A stretch of 64,000 bases of DNA from an uncultured delta proteobacterium (GCA_963804165.1 CAWDPO010000046.1:64001-128000), one strand, 5' to 3'; positions 18,641-28,944 are shown, numbered from the stretch's first letter. Numbers and translations: made by a program. Notes: a model not told the origin generated them from the sequence alone.

Positions 18641-18848
18641 TGCCTGTCCTCGACCAGATAAGTATTTCTTATATCTCTGGACTTTGTTTCGTTCAGGTTA
18701 ACTCTGGCGCGGTGGCTGGAGATGCGTCGACGTGAAACCAAAAAAAGTAGACAGGTTTACAGATGGGATTGAGGCTTGCGGTTCGAAGGCGGTTGATCAA
18801 TACATCCCTGTTGTGGTCCAATCTGAGCTCTTCAGCCGGTTTGGAAAT

Positions 18849-19935
18849 TCACCGTTTTTGAGACCTCTCGTGCAATCCCGGAATGCTTGCTTGACCGCTT
18901 CCGTCAATCAGAGCACAAGCAATTAGTCGCATCGAATGACTGCTGAACGGATTGACGCGCATTGAATGACTGTGAGCGGGTTGAGGGACTCGACAAAATT
19001 GTAACGAATTTCTCGGATTGCGGGATCGTTGGCCGGCGGGGGATTAACGTAACTCAGGAGCAGACGTGCGTAGGCCAAGATCTCGCCATGTTCGAAGATT
19101 CGATCGATTTTTAATCCCTTTCGCGTTCGGAGTTCGAACCTTGCTCTTTACGGAATACCATCCGGTAACTGGCGAAGGGTCGAAGGCGTATACATTTGAC
19201 ACGCGCGGGAGAGTACTGCCGTCGGACGATTGAATTTCTGGAAGCGCGTATGCGAGATGCTGGGCGAGCCCGCCACCCAATGAATGGCCGGTTGTGATGA
19301 TGCGGACATTCTTGTAGTGGTCTCCTCCATTTTCGATTCGGGTCTTTAGATTCTCCAGCACTTCCTTTCCTGTGTCCTGGGCGACGACGGTATATTGGTC
19401 CTTGTACGTCGGCAGAAACCGTAGCAGCCAGCTAAACCAACGGAAGTTTGACATCCAGTCGCTCCAGCTGAAGAATTCGGTTCCACGAAAGACGACAGCT
19501 ACTAACGGAGGAGGGCCGGTCTTTTCCCAAACTTCCATATAGAGTCCAACGTCGCGGGCTTTGTCGCGCAATGGTTCGGAAGGGAAATTCTTCCACATTT
19601 CCCAGCCGTACAGTGGAAGCTTCCCTTCGGGCGGGCAAGTCGCTGAGTAGGCTTCTAACTTTTCGGCGCTTCGCAAGGACATGGTGTCCGATGCGCGCTC
19701 ACTGGTTCTAGGAGTCGGCACGCTCCAACCGTCCGTGTAAACGTTTTCACTGAGAACCGCGTATTCCCATAGTTCTTTGGCCGATTCAGAGATGCTCACG
19801 GCTGGGTTATAGGTTCTATTTCCCGGTTCGCGTATGAGAACTGTTTTCGGGTCTTGGGACATGGCGGCGCATCCTGAAATTAATATTTGAATTGACAACA
19901 GGAAGATAAGGGATTCAGCCGATTTGCTTTCGCAC
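18849..19935 (-). CDS. Lipoprotein lipase, class 3-like alpha/beta hydrolase (frameshifted)
   Basis: Lipobox ISG-C; VVFRGTE; nucleophile GHSLGGGLA; AFDPSP. After a frameshift near 19110 it continues IDRIFEHGEIL...NPFSSHSMR. Probable GTG start at 19935 needs one more indel. Confidence 0.75.
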
Positions 19936-20005
19936 TCGTCCTGTCTTCGAAGTAAAAGTTAGCACTCCGGGTTTTTCGATTACCCCTGTTCATATAGCAG
20001 ACGCT

Positions 20006-20803
20006 TCAGACCGCCACCCCAGGCAGCTTAAACTTTCCGAGTGCCGCCAAGTCTGCAGCTTCGGCAGGGCGGAATTCCCAGTGCCAAGGTTCCTTATTCA
20101 CGGTCCGGATGAAACCAAACTCTGGTCCATGAACTTTGAGCCAATCGTAAACGGGATTTCCGTCAAAGCCGCCCACGTCCAGGTCAAAAGCAGTTCCGTT
20201 CTGATGATTCGAGCGCCCGGGTTCCGCCGCCAGCGCAAACTTTTTTGGATTGGAGTTAAAGAGGCTAAACAAGACAACTTGCTCCGGGAACGAGCGAAAC
20301 CCACTTCGTATAGAGATCGTAATACCGTCCTTCGCCGCGGCGCTCAACATTTCCAGATAAGGTTCTACGTTGTCTTCGGTGATCCTTTCGGTTTCGTTGT
20401 GACTGCCGACAATTTCGACGAGAGTTGCCTGTCCTACGAATCGGCCGTTTTGCCAAAGCGCGTTCGGACCCTTTCGATCATCATCGATGGGCTTAAGTCG
20501 CCCGATCGTCTCATTGAGAAACTTGCTTTCAAGGTTATCTGCGGATGTCCAACCGATGGTTGCGACTTCATCGTCGGTCGATTCCGTCAGGGCAAAAGTG
20601 AGTTTTGTGTCGATCGATTTTGCGTTGGTGATTCGAACTTGCGTTCCTTGTGGGATGATCTTTGGATCGCCAATCTTTCTCCCTGGAGGGAGTGTGTCAG
20701 AGGGGCCGTAGACAACATATTTGAGCAAGTTTCCAGACTGCCGAATGCGAGCTTCCGGATCTCTTACTGAAAATGTTTTGTTGAGATAGCTTCTTATGGG
20801 CAT
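20006..20803 (-). CDS. M15 family (VanY-like) D-Ala-D-Ala carboxypeptidase with N-terminal extension
   Basis: SGFRS..EQ, A.PGRSNHQNGTAFD (SxHxxGxAxD), EPWHWEF. Confidence 0.9.
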   Translation of the reverse strand: MPIRSYLNKTFSVRDPEARIRQSGNLLKYVVYGPSDTLPPGRKIGDPKIIPQGTQVRITNAKSIDTKLTFALTESTDDEVATIGWTSADNLESKFLNETIGRLKPIDDDRKGPNALWQNGRFVGQATLVEIVGSHNETERITEDNVEPYLEMLSAAAKDGITISIRSGFRSFPEQVVLFSLFNSNPKKFALAAEPGRSNHQNGTAFDLDVGGFDGNPVYDWLKVHGPEFGFIRTVNKEPWHWEFRPAEAADLAALGKFKLPGVAV

Positions 20804-20994
20804 GATTTAAACTCCGGGACCTGAACTACTTTAGCCGTAGGTCCCATCGGAAGAAAATAGGGATTTTTGTTTTGGGTGTCGATTTTGTCGCCCGGATTGG
20901 CGGCCAGGTCGACTTTGTTCGACTTGACAATCGCGCATGCCTGAGAAATTAATGATAGCGCAAGCACGAAGATGTAGTCGAGCCACTTGAGCAA
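20794..20994 (-). CDS. Small putative lipoprotein
   Basis: Hydrophobic N-terminus ending ISQA-C; overlaps the M15 gene start by 10 nt. Confidence 0.55.
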   Translation of the reverse strand: MLKWLDYIFVLALSLISQACAIVKSNKVDLAANPGDKIDTQNKNPYFLPMGPTAKVVQVPEFKSCP

Positions 20995-21430
20995 GTAAGA
21001 TTTTTCATTTCTGCCTCACTTTACGATCAGCCTCAAAGCTTAGCACGACGTCAACGCTTACATTCGCTTTCTCGAATCGATTACTTTGCTCTGCATTTAT
21101 CATTCCCGATTTTTGGGACGCCCGTGTGGACCTCGATATGAGTCGGCCGCGGATGTTAAAAACTCCGGTCGTGGTTGCTCCAATGCATGATTCGTCCGAC
21201 ACTGGACTATAGTTTTCTCATATTTGTCGATCGTGTATCGTTTGCGAGACGACAGAGCCGGACTTGGACTCAGCCTCTGGCGGGTACATAAGGGCTCGTC
21301 CGCCCCATAGATCATCGCTGGACGCCAGCCAAAGTTTCCTCGGAATCTGAATCGAGCCGCGCAACCCTCGTTTACAACACGTGTATCCAAAAGTTGCAGG
21401 AGTGAGTACGTTCAATCGCTGATTAAGGCC

Positions 21431-21545
21431 GCGGCCAGTTCAAAACGTTCAAGCCGTTTGATCCCGCCGGGGCCAGTTCAAAGGTTCAAGGTTCGAATGT
21501 TCAACGCCTTCGGCCGTTCAAAGTTCAAGGTTCAAACGTTCAAGG
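21431..21545. repeat. GTTCAA(A/G) heptamer-type tandem repeat
   Basis: About ten gttcaa-type units; ggccgttcaaagttcaaggttcaa also occurs at 62193. Confidence 0.8.
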
Positions 21546-21765
21546 ACGGACGGGGGAACTGCGAATAGCGTCTGAAACCTTTAGGCCGGTCACAGCATCC
21601 CGCTCAGCTCTTCGCGGGCATTGCTCGACTGCTCCTGGCCGCGATCGTTCTTTGTCGAATTGAGCCAAGCGGAGATTTCCGAATCCCGGGATCGGCTTGA
21701 GATGGCAGCTTGGAGTTATACACTGAATGAGGTATGCGATCAGTGGAACTGCAGGAAACCAGGCA

Positions 21766-23467
21766 GTGACGAATAGGTTCGAGATTGCCGCGGAGCTGCG
21801 GGCGATGGCTCGGCTGCTCACGATCAAGGGCGCTAATCCCTTCAAGGCGCAAGCCTATGTGCGAGCGGCGAGCGCGCTGGAAAATCTCGACGGCGATCTC
21901 GATGCGCTGGTCAAAACAGGACGGCTGAAAGAAATCCCCGGTGTCGGCAACGCGCTGGCGACGACCATCGAGGAGATTTACCGCACCGGCGAATGTTGGA
22001 TGCTCCAGCAACTCCGCCAGGAGTTGCCGCCCGGGGCCGTCGAGCTCAGCGAAGTGCCGGGCTTGAACCTAAAAAAGATCATCGCTCTCAACGAGGCATT
22101 GCACATTGAAAACATTGGTGATCTCAAGGCGGCATGCCAGCAAGGCTTAGTCAGCAAGGTTAAAGGCTTTGGACTCAAGTCTCAGGCGAAGCTGCTCGCC
22201 GATATCGAAAAGCTCGGAATTCACAAAGAAGACGGCTCTCTGCTGCTTCCTCATGCCCGCGAACAAGCGGAAAAAATGCTCACGCACCTGCGGATGTGCC
22301 CGGAGCTAATCCGAGCGGAGATCGCGGGAGCGCTGCGGCGGCACAAGGAAATCGTCGAGCAGATTGTGATCGTGGCCGCCAGCGATCTGCCGCGTGCGGT
22401 GCTCGACCAGTTTTTGCGCTTTCCCGCGCTCGCCCGAACTGCTGAGCTTGAAGAGAATCGATGTCTTGGATTCCTTGCCGGCGGCATTCGAGCGGAGCTT
22501 ACCGTCGCTGACGCTGGATGAGTTCGTCGCTACGCTTCATGCGCGGACCGGCGCGCCAAGCCATATCGCGAAACTTCAAACCATCGCGCGCGCGAAGGGG
22601 ATGACTTTGCTCCCCGAAGCGCCGAGCCCAGGGCTCAAGAGCGAAAGCGAAATTTATCAGCACCTAGGGCTTGAGCATATTCCGCCGGAGCTCCGTGAAG
22701 ACGAGGGCGAAGTCGAAGCCGCCATGGCTGGTACTCTGCCGCAACCGGTAGAACTGGAAGATATTCGCGGCATGACGCACTGTCATACGGTTTATTCCGA
22801 TGGCCGGAACAGCATCGAAGAGATGGCGCTGGCGGCCCAAGCGATGGGCATGCGTTATCTCACGATCACCGATCATTCGCCGAGCGCTTATTACGCCCGC
22901 GGCGTCACCATCGATCGGTTGCGCGCCCAATGGGATGAGATCGCGCGGGTGCAAGAGCGGGTTGAAATAAAACTTCTCAAAGGAACCGAATCAGACATTC
23001 TCGAAGACGGCTCGCTCGACTATCCCGATGCTTATCTGGAGCAATTCGACATCATCATCGCGAGCATCCATTCGCGTTATAAGATGGATTCCGATCAGAT
23101 GACCCGCCGGCTGTTGCGCGCGCTCCAACTGCCGTATTTCAAAATCTGGGGGCATCCGCTCGGCAGATTAATTCAATCGCGCCCGCCTTTTGCTTGTCGC
23201 ATGGAGGAAGTGCTGGACGCGGTCGCGGCGTCCCGATGCGCGATCGAAGTCAATGGCGATCCGCACCGTCTCGACCTGGAGCCGCGCTGGATCCGCGCGG
23301 CGCGCGAGCGCGGTATCAAGTTCATCGTTTCTACGGATGCTCATTCCACCGGCGCACTGGAAAATCTCGCCTACGGCGTCTCCACGGCGCGGCGCGGCTG
23401 GCTCACCCGTGGCGAAGTTCTAAACACGCTCGATACCGAATATTTCATGAAGGCGGTTCGTCCGTGA
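21766..23467 (+). CDS. polX: DNA polymerase X / PHP 3'-5' exonuclease fusion (frameshift near 22515; polymerase active site degenerate)
   Basis: NPFKAQAY, HhH IPGVG, VPGL, G.LRR, GLEHIPPELRE; PHP motifs HCHTVYSDG, TDHS, E-SD, SIH, GHP, STDAH. Confidence 0.9.
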
Positions 23468-24120
23468 ACCGCGTGTTTGTGCTGTCGCCGGCCAATTGTA
23501 ACGGTCTGCGCGCCCGCTGGGTGCTCAAGAAAAACAGTCGCTCGGATCTGGCGATAAGACTGCGCCGCACCGGCGTAGCCTTGGGAGAAGTTTTTACCTA
23601 TCTGAGCGCGCTCTACTTTCGCGGTAAGCTTGCTTATGCTCAGGCGTATGCCGAGCCGCCGCCCGGTTGTCCGGGGGTCTTGATCATCACGCCTACCGCC
23701 GGTCTGGTGCCGCACGATGTCTTGATTCAACTGCCGCAGTTGCGGGGATTTGGCCGCGTGCCAATCCATCTCAAGAACCGGCGCTATTGTTCTTCGCTTC
23801 GCCGTAGTGCCAGAAAGCTTGCGCTCGACATCGGCCCGAACTGTGAGCTGATACTCTTGGGAAGCGTTGGCACCGGAAAATATCTCGATATCCTCGCGCC
23901 GATTTTCGGCAGCCGGCTGCGCATTCCCGCGGAATTTGTCGGTCTCGGCGACATGAGCCGCGGCGGGCTTTTGCTTCGCTGTGTACGGGAAAATCGCCAG
24001 CTGAATTACACCGATGCCGCATCGGTGATCACTTCCGGCCCGAAGCGATCCCGTATCAATAGGCGAAACGCCGGCAATCTACCCGAGCGGCAAAAGGCCC
24101 TAGAAGATCTTCCCGGCTAG
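23464..24120 (+). CDS. Conserved hypothetical protein, DUF6884/YaaA-like pattern
   Basis: GTG start overlaps the polX TGA (GTGA); VFVLSPA, ALYFRGKLAYA, VLIITPTAGLV, LILLGS...KY, GLGDMSRGGLLL. Confidence 0.75.
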   Translation: MNRVFVLSPANCNGLRARWVLKKNSRSDLAIRLRRTGVALGEVFTYLSALYFRGKLAYAQAYAEPPPGCPGVLIITPTAGLVPHDVLIQLPQLRGFGRVPIHLKNRRYCSSLRRSARKLALDIGPNCELILLGSVGTGKYLDILAPIFGSRLRIPAEFVGLGDMSRGGLLLRCVRENRQLNYTDAASVITSGPKRSRINRRNAGNLPERQKALEDLPG

Positions 24121-24300
24121 CGCCCGAAGCAAATAGTTGCCACAACGAACTCGCCAAGGCATGAGCAAAAAAACGAAAGGAATAGGCCGCGCAGGGAGAA
24201 TTAGAGCCTGATCTTGGATGCGAAGCATCTCTCAGGACACTTCGCCCCATAGGAAAATTCAGAATTTCTCTTGTGACCGATTGGGATCGAAGGCGTCGAG

Positions 24301-25113
24301 TCAAATACTAAACGGTTTCTGTCGTTCGTAGCGCGAATTCGCCGCGCCGATGAAATAATAGTTCGGCGTTTGCGTCGACGGCATCTGCGAGACGATCTTG
24401 TCGCGCAGCTTGCGGTAACCGCCCCTAAATTTGCCGCCGTTCCAGACTCTCTTGAGCATTCCCGTAAACGCGCCGTTGTCATCGCCGTCCATGGAGGTTT
24501 GATTGTCCATGCAGCCGGAGACCAGCAGGATGCTGGCGTTGACCCTGGTTTTTTCCGCGCCGCGATTTTCTTTTTGGATCGCGCGATAGAGCGCGCTGTT
24601 GGCGTTTTCCACCTCGATACCGACGGCGCGCGGCATGGCGCGCGGACGCGGGCCGATGCCTAAAAACTCGGGGATGTCGCGCGTGACCGTACCGCTGTGG
24701 CAACTGTCGGAAAGAACCAGGATGCGCACGCCGGCTTTGAACTTGCTCCAGATCTTATAAAGCTCGTCGTCGACGAGCTGGCGATCGTAGAGCACCCAGG
24801 TTTCGTCCATGCGGTCGTTGTCCTTTTCGTCGCTGTTGGTGTCGCGGACCTGGCCGCCGTGGCCGGAATAGGTGAGAAACAAGATATCGCCTTTGACCAG
24901 TTTTTTCGCGGCATCCAAAAGCGCCGCGCTCACCGCGGCGGCGGTTGCCTGACCGTCGAGGAGCAGCGTGTTACCGCTGAACTTTTTCTTCTTAGCCAGC
25001 GCGCGCATGTCGTTGGCGTCGGCGATGCATGCGTTGAGCGCGCCATCCCAGCCTTGGTAGTGAGCGGGGTCGACGTGATTCAAGCCGATGTGTATAGAAA
25101 TACCTTTCGCCAT
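24301..25113 (-). CDS. Caspase-family (C14, metacaspase-like) peptidase
   Basis: IHIGLN, LNACIADA, His in YSGHGG, Cys in SDSCHSG, GAFT, QTP. Confidence 0.92.
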   Translation of the reverse strand: MAKGISIHIGLNHVDPAHYQGWDGALNACIADANDMRALAKKKKFSGNTLLLDGQATAAAVSAALLDAAKKLVKGDILFLTYSGHGGQVRDTNSDEKDNDRMDETWVLYDRQLVDDELYKIWSKFKAGVRILVLSDSCHSGTVTRDIPEFLGIGPRPRAMPRAVGIEVENANSALYRAIQKENRGAEKTRVNASILLVSGCMDNQTSMDGDDNGAFTGMLKRVWNGGKFRGGYRKLRDKIVSQMPSTQTPNYYFIGAANSRYERQKPFSI

Positions 25114-25251
25114 AAAGCCCCCTGTTCGAAATGAAATGTTTGAAGTGAAAGTGTAGATGCCGGCGCTTTCACCTGTCAAGAAAATTTGCCGGATAGTTTC
25201 GCGGATTGTCTATTATGTCGAGAGTTTCCGCTTTTCGATCAATTTTTGCGA

Positions 25252-26208
25252 TCACGGTTTCCAAGCCTGTTTATTCAGCTGCTGCTCGGCCTGGCGCGCG
25301 AAGCTGAAATCATAGGCTCGCTGCGGCGGCACGACCGTGCTCACTTCGGCGACCAGCGCGACGATGGCGAGATCGTTTTTCTGGGTTTGCTCGTCGACGT
25401 AACCAGCCTTCGTAAAAGTGCCGATCAAATCGTCGTACATGCGCGTCGCCAGGGCGCGATCCAATTCGCTAAACTTCGTTACCGCGGCGATGGTGCCTTC
25501 GCGGTCCTGGCGCGCCACCCGGAGGCCCTTGAGCACGGCGCGGGCAAACCCCGCCATGAGATTCGGCTGTTCTTTAATGAAACGCTCCGACGTGGCGAAG
25601 GTGCCCCAGGAGTTTTTCACTTCCTTGCCGATAAAGATCAGATCCCTCATCCCTTGATCCAAGGCGGCGTAGCGCTCCTCGGGGCTGACGATGGCGGCGT
25701 CGACCGCGCCGGATAGAAGCGACGGCAAACGATTGACCGGGCCGGGATCGATCAGCACGATGTCTTTGGGAATGTTATGTTTGGTCAAAATATTTCTGAA
25801 CATGTAGGCCGCGATGGAGGCGACGCCGGTGGTGGCGACTTTTTTGCCGCTTAAATCTTTCATGGTTTTGATATTGGGCCGGACGACGATCCATTGCAGC
25901 ACTTGATCGTTGAACGCGAGCACGGTTTTCAGCGGCGCGTTGCCTTTCGATATTGCCACGAGCGCGCTGCTGCCGGAGCCGGAAAACTGTACCTGGTTGG
26001 CAGTCAGCGCCTGCAGGCCGGGGGCGTTTTGCATGAAGACGAGCTTTAGGTCCAGGCCCTCTTCTTTCATGTAGCCGCGGTCCTGGGCGATGACCAGCGG
26101 AACGTACTGAAACGCCTTCGACGTAAGCGCGGCGGTGACGGTCTCAAGGGCGAGGGCCAAGCGCGGCGCAAGAAATAGAACCAGGAGTAGGACGACCTTC
26201 TTGAGCAT
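25252..26208 (-). CDS. ABC transporter substrate-binding protein, NMT1/SsuA-like
   Basis: Signal peptide; IAQDRGYMKEEGLD, DLSGKKVA, LLSGAVDAA. Confidence 0.9.
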   Translation of the reverse strand: MLKKVVLLLVLFLAPRLALALETVTAALTSKAFQYVPLVIAQDRGYMKEEGLDLKLVFMQNAPGLQALTANQVQFSGSGSSALVAISKGNAPLKTVLAFNDQVLQWIVVRPNIKTMKDLSGKKVATTGVASIAAYMFRNILTKHNIPKDIVLIDPGPVNRLPSLLSGAVDAAIVSPEERYAALDQGMRDLIFIGKEVKNSWGTFATSERFIKEQPNLMAGFARAVLKGLRVARQDREGTIAAVTKFSELDRALATRMYDDLIGTFTKAGYVDEQTQKNDLAIVALVAEVSTVVPPQRAYDFSFARQAEQQLNKQAWKP

Positions 26209-26340
26209 GAAAGCAAAATCTCCTTGAATGTTTAATTACTGCCGATTTGATTTTCCGCAGTGTAACACGGAAAGTTCATCGTCACGAAGAATAGTTCGGA
26301 ATCGGATTCAACGTCAAGAATGAGACGGGCGGAAAGATTA

Positions 26341-26494
26341 CGGAGCCCTTCGACTCGGCTCAGGGCGAACGGATAGTTATTTCATTTTCGAATAAAATCC
26401 ACCGTTAGTGGTGAGCAGCCTGCCCTGAGCCCTTCGGCTTCGCTCAGGATAAACTCCGTCGAAGGGAACCATGAACTGAGTTTTTACACAGTCT
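26341..26494. repeat. REP-containing MITE-like element; inverted, truncated copy of 41554..41730
   Basis: cggagcccttcgac..gctcagggcgaacgg...gcccttcggcttcgctcaggataaactccgtcgaagg..ccatgaac...gtttttacacagtct. Confidence 0.85.
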
Positions 26495-26578
26495 GACAAA
26501 GTGAAGAAGCTGGCGAGAGTCGCTACCTGCGGGAAAATAAACTTCTTGCTCTCGGGGCGATATGATATTCTTCGGCGC

Positions 26579-27220
26579 ATGACGATTGCTAAAATCTTTA
26601 TCCTACTGGTTTTGGTTACGCTGTACGGCTGTTCCGCCGGCGGTGCGGTTACGCCGGGCGCGACGCTTTTATCGGGGATCGACCAGTATGAAGGCGACAT
26701 GCAGAGGCTCGACAGCTCACTTGGCCGCTGGCCTGAACGGCAACGGGCGGGCGGCACGTTAAAAGCGATCATAACGGCCACCGTCGGCGGCTCGCGCGAG
26801 TTTTATCGCCTGGTCGATCTCGACGTCCGAAAAAGAGAGTTTTTGATCACCATGCGTGACGGCGCCGTGCGCGCGGATCGCCTGCAGGAGATGAAAGACG
26901 AGTTAGTCAAAATGGACGAGGAAATCGCCGCTTTGAAACCGATCGTGCGATCCCAGGTAGCGGTGATTCCAGTGCGGGGGGAGTCGCAATCGCGAGTCGA
27001 GAGCGCGGCCGCTTTGGGACTGCTCAGTCTCGCGGTGGAAGGATTTTCATCGGACACAGCGCGTGGATTCGAGGCGCCGTCCACCAAAATAGATCAATAC
27101 GTGGTTACGGATCTCGGTTCATTCGCGACGGTGCGCGGGCCTGACGGCCAAACCCATCGCTGTACGATCTATGATATTCCAGATGAAGGCGCCGGCCTCA
27201 GGTGCGAACCGGTCAGGTAG
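26579..27220 (+). CDS. Hypothetical lipoprotein
   Basis: Lipobox LYG-C; central coiled coil; C-terminal Cys pair. Confidence 0.75.
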   Translation: MTIAKIFILLVLVTLYGCSAGGAVTPGATLLSGIDQYEGDMQRLDSSLGRWPERQRAGGTLKAIITATVGGSREFYRLVDLDVRKREFLITMRDGAVRADRLQEMKDELVKMDEEIAALKPIVRSQVAVIPVRGESQSRVESAAALGLLSLAVEGFSSDTARGFEAPSTKIDQYVVTDLGSFATVRGPDGQTHRCTIYDIPDEGAGLRCEPVR

Positions 27221-27234
27221 AGTTACTAATGAAC

Positions 27235-27360
27235 TGTAACAGTTGATTCGCGTCTAAAGTCGAAGAACCCTTCGACGAGCTCAGCGTGAGCGGTTGAGCC
27301 ACAAGCCGTTCGTGGTGAGGCTCTTGAACCATGAACGGCGAACGCTATCCAACTGTTACA
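27235..27360. repeat. REP doublet (CCCTTCGAC..GCTCAG / CCGTTCGTGGTGAG family) inside 11-bp terminal inverted repeats
   Basis: TGTAACAGTTG...CAACTGTTACA; lies between convergent genes. Confidence 0.75.
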
Positions 27361-27418
27361 CTCCACTAGTCTTCAGTTTTGCCAAACCCGCGAGCCTTGT
27401 GCGCCTCTCCTCGACGCG

Positions 27419-28582
27419 TCAATGATGCGCGCGGATGAGATTTTGTCCGAGGCGCCAGCGCAGCACTTCGTTGGCGCCTTCGGTGATGCGCGTGCTGCGG
27501 ATTTGCCGGTACCACCATTCCAGCGGTAGTTCTTTCATCAAGCCCAAGCCGCCGTGAACTTGAATGGCCCGATCGACGACGCGGCCGGCCATTTCGGTGG
27601 CCATCACCTTGACCATGTAAGAGAGATCGCGCACGTCTTCGCCGCGATCGACACGCCAGGCACACTCGTAAACCATGTTGCGCACAGCGTGCAGCTCCAT
27701 CGCCGAGTCGGCGATCATGAACTGGATCGCTTGCCGGTCGGCGAGCGGCCGGCCGAAAGTGACGCGCACTTTCGAGTATTCGATCATCATGTCGAGAGCC
27801 CGCCGGGCGATCCCCACCGGGCGCGCGCCGTGACCGCGGATGCGACCTTCACCGATCCATTTCTGCGCGATGGAGAAACCGCCGCCGACCTGACCGATCA
27901 CGTTCGCCGCCGGTACGCGCACGTTGTCGAAGACGAGTTGCCAAGGCGCTTCGCCCATCATCGTTGGCCACTGCCTTTCGAGAAGCACCCCCGGGCTTTT
28001 CAAGTCCACCGCAAAACAGGTAATGCCGCCGCGTGCGCGCTTCTCAGGATCGGTCACGGCCATAAGCTGGGCGTAGTCGGCGCGGCCGGCCGCCGTGATG
28101 AAACGCTTGGTGCCGTTGATGACGAAGTCAGCGCCATCCTGTACCGCGCGCGTGCGCATGTTCGCCGGATCGCTGCCGGCGTCGGGTTCGGTCTGGGCAA
28201 AGCAGAATTTCAATTCACCGCGCAGCACCGGCTCGAGAAATCTTTTTTTCTGCTCCTCGTTGCAGTGAAACAAGACCGGCCGCACTTCGGGTCCAAACAA
28301 CTCCAGGCTACGAAAGGGAAGAGACGCGGCGCGGGCGATTTCTTCGTGGATGATGCATCGGGGCAGGAGACCCAAACCGGCGCCGCCGTACTCCGCCGGC
28401 ACATCGAGCATCCACAGCCCCATCGCCTGGGTCTTTTCCTGCAGCGGTTTGAGCAAGTGATCCGGCATCGGCCCTTCGCTGTCGTGGCGATATTCGCGCT
28501 CCAGCGGGATCAGCTCCTTATCGACGAAGCGGCGCACGGTTTCTCTGAGGATCTGAATTTCTTCGGGTAGGTTGAAGTCCAT
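27419..28582 (-). CDS. Acyl-CoA dehydrogenase
   Basis: VPAEYGGAG, FAQTEPDAGSD, INGTKRFIT, R.TFGRPLA.RQ, AIQVHGGLG, ITEGANE. Confidence 0.95.
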   Translation of the reverse strand: MDFNLPEEIQILRETVRRFVDKELIPLEREYRHDSEGPMPDHLLKPLQEKTQAMGLWMLDVPAEYGGAGLGLLPRCIIHEEIARAASLPFRSLELFGPEVRPVLFHCNEEQKKRFLEPVLRGELKFCFAQTEPDAGSDPANMRTRAVQDGADFVINGTKRFITAAGRADYAQLMAVTDPEKRARGGITCFAVDLKSPGVLLERQWPTMMGEAPWQLVFDNVRVPAANVIGQVGGGFSIAQKWIGEGRIRGHGARPVGIARRALDMMIEYSKVRVTFGRPLADRQAIQFMIADSAMELHAVRNMVYECAWRVDRGEDVRDLSYMVKVMATEMAGRVVDRAIQVHGGLGLMKELPLEWWYRQIRSTRITEGANEVLRWRLGQNLIRAHH

Positions 28583-28608
28583 GGCTAATCCTTATTATGA
28601 AATATTTT

Positions 28609-28905
28609 CACCACGAAGTGTTTCCTGATCTTACTTTCGCCAGGAGAGAATGAAAACGGGGATTTCGGTCCAGGTACTGCTCTCCACCGCCCGTCATTCC
28701 CGCGCACGCGGGAATCCAGGTTGGTTCTGCCGAATTGAGCCTGGATACCCGCTTTCGCGGGTATGACGGATATAGGCAGACTCGTTGTTTTCATCCCCGC
28801 ACCGGGCATTTTCAAAGGTAGGAAACGAAGATCACGAAGTTGTAGGGGCAAGGCGTGCCTTGCCCTTTCGATCAAAACCTTCGTGTCCTTCGTGCCTTCG
28901 TGGTG
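28609..28905. repeat. Nested palindromic repeats (9-mer cacgaag shell, GTCATTCCCGCG REP doublet, GTAG-type REP)
   Basis: caccacgaag...cttcgtgtccttcgtgccttcgtggtg; inner atgaaaac/gttttcat; core gtcattcccgcgcacgcgggaatccag...ctggatacccgctttcgcgggtatgac; gtaggggcaaggcgtgccttgccct. Confidence 0.8.
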
Positions 28906-28944
28906 GGACCAATGGCCGGTTTTATTTCGTGACAGCAGTAGTAC

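Noticed and set aside
20006-20994. Prophage lysis cassette
   Set aside because: No holin, spanin pair, structural or integrase genes in the window.
21431-21545. GTTCAA repeats as CRISPR repeats or iterons
   Set aside because: Units are 7-9 nt with no unique spacers, and there is no rep gene.
22490-22530. Programmed frameshift splitting PolX from PHP
   Set aside because: No slippery heptamer, and similar indels are widespread in this window; sequencing error is more likely.
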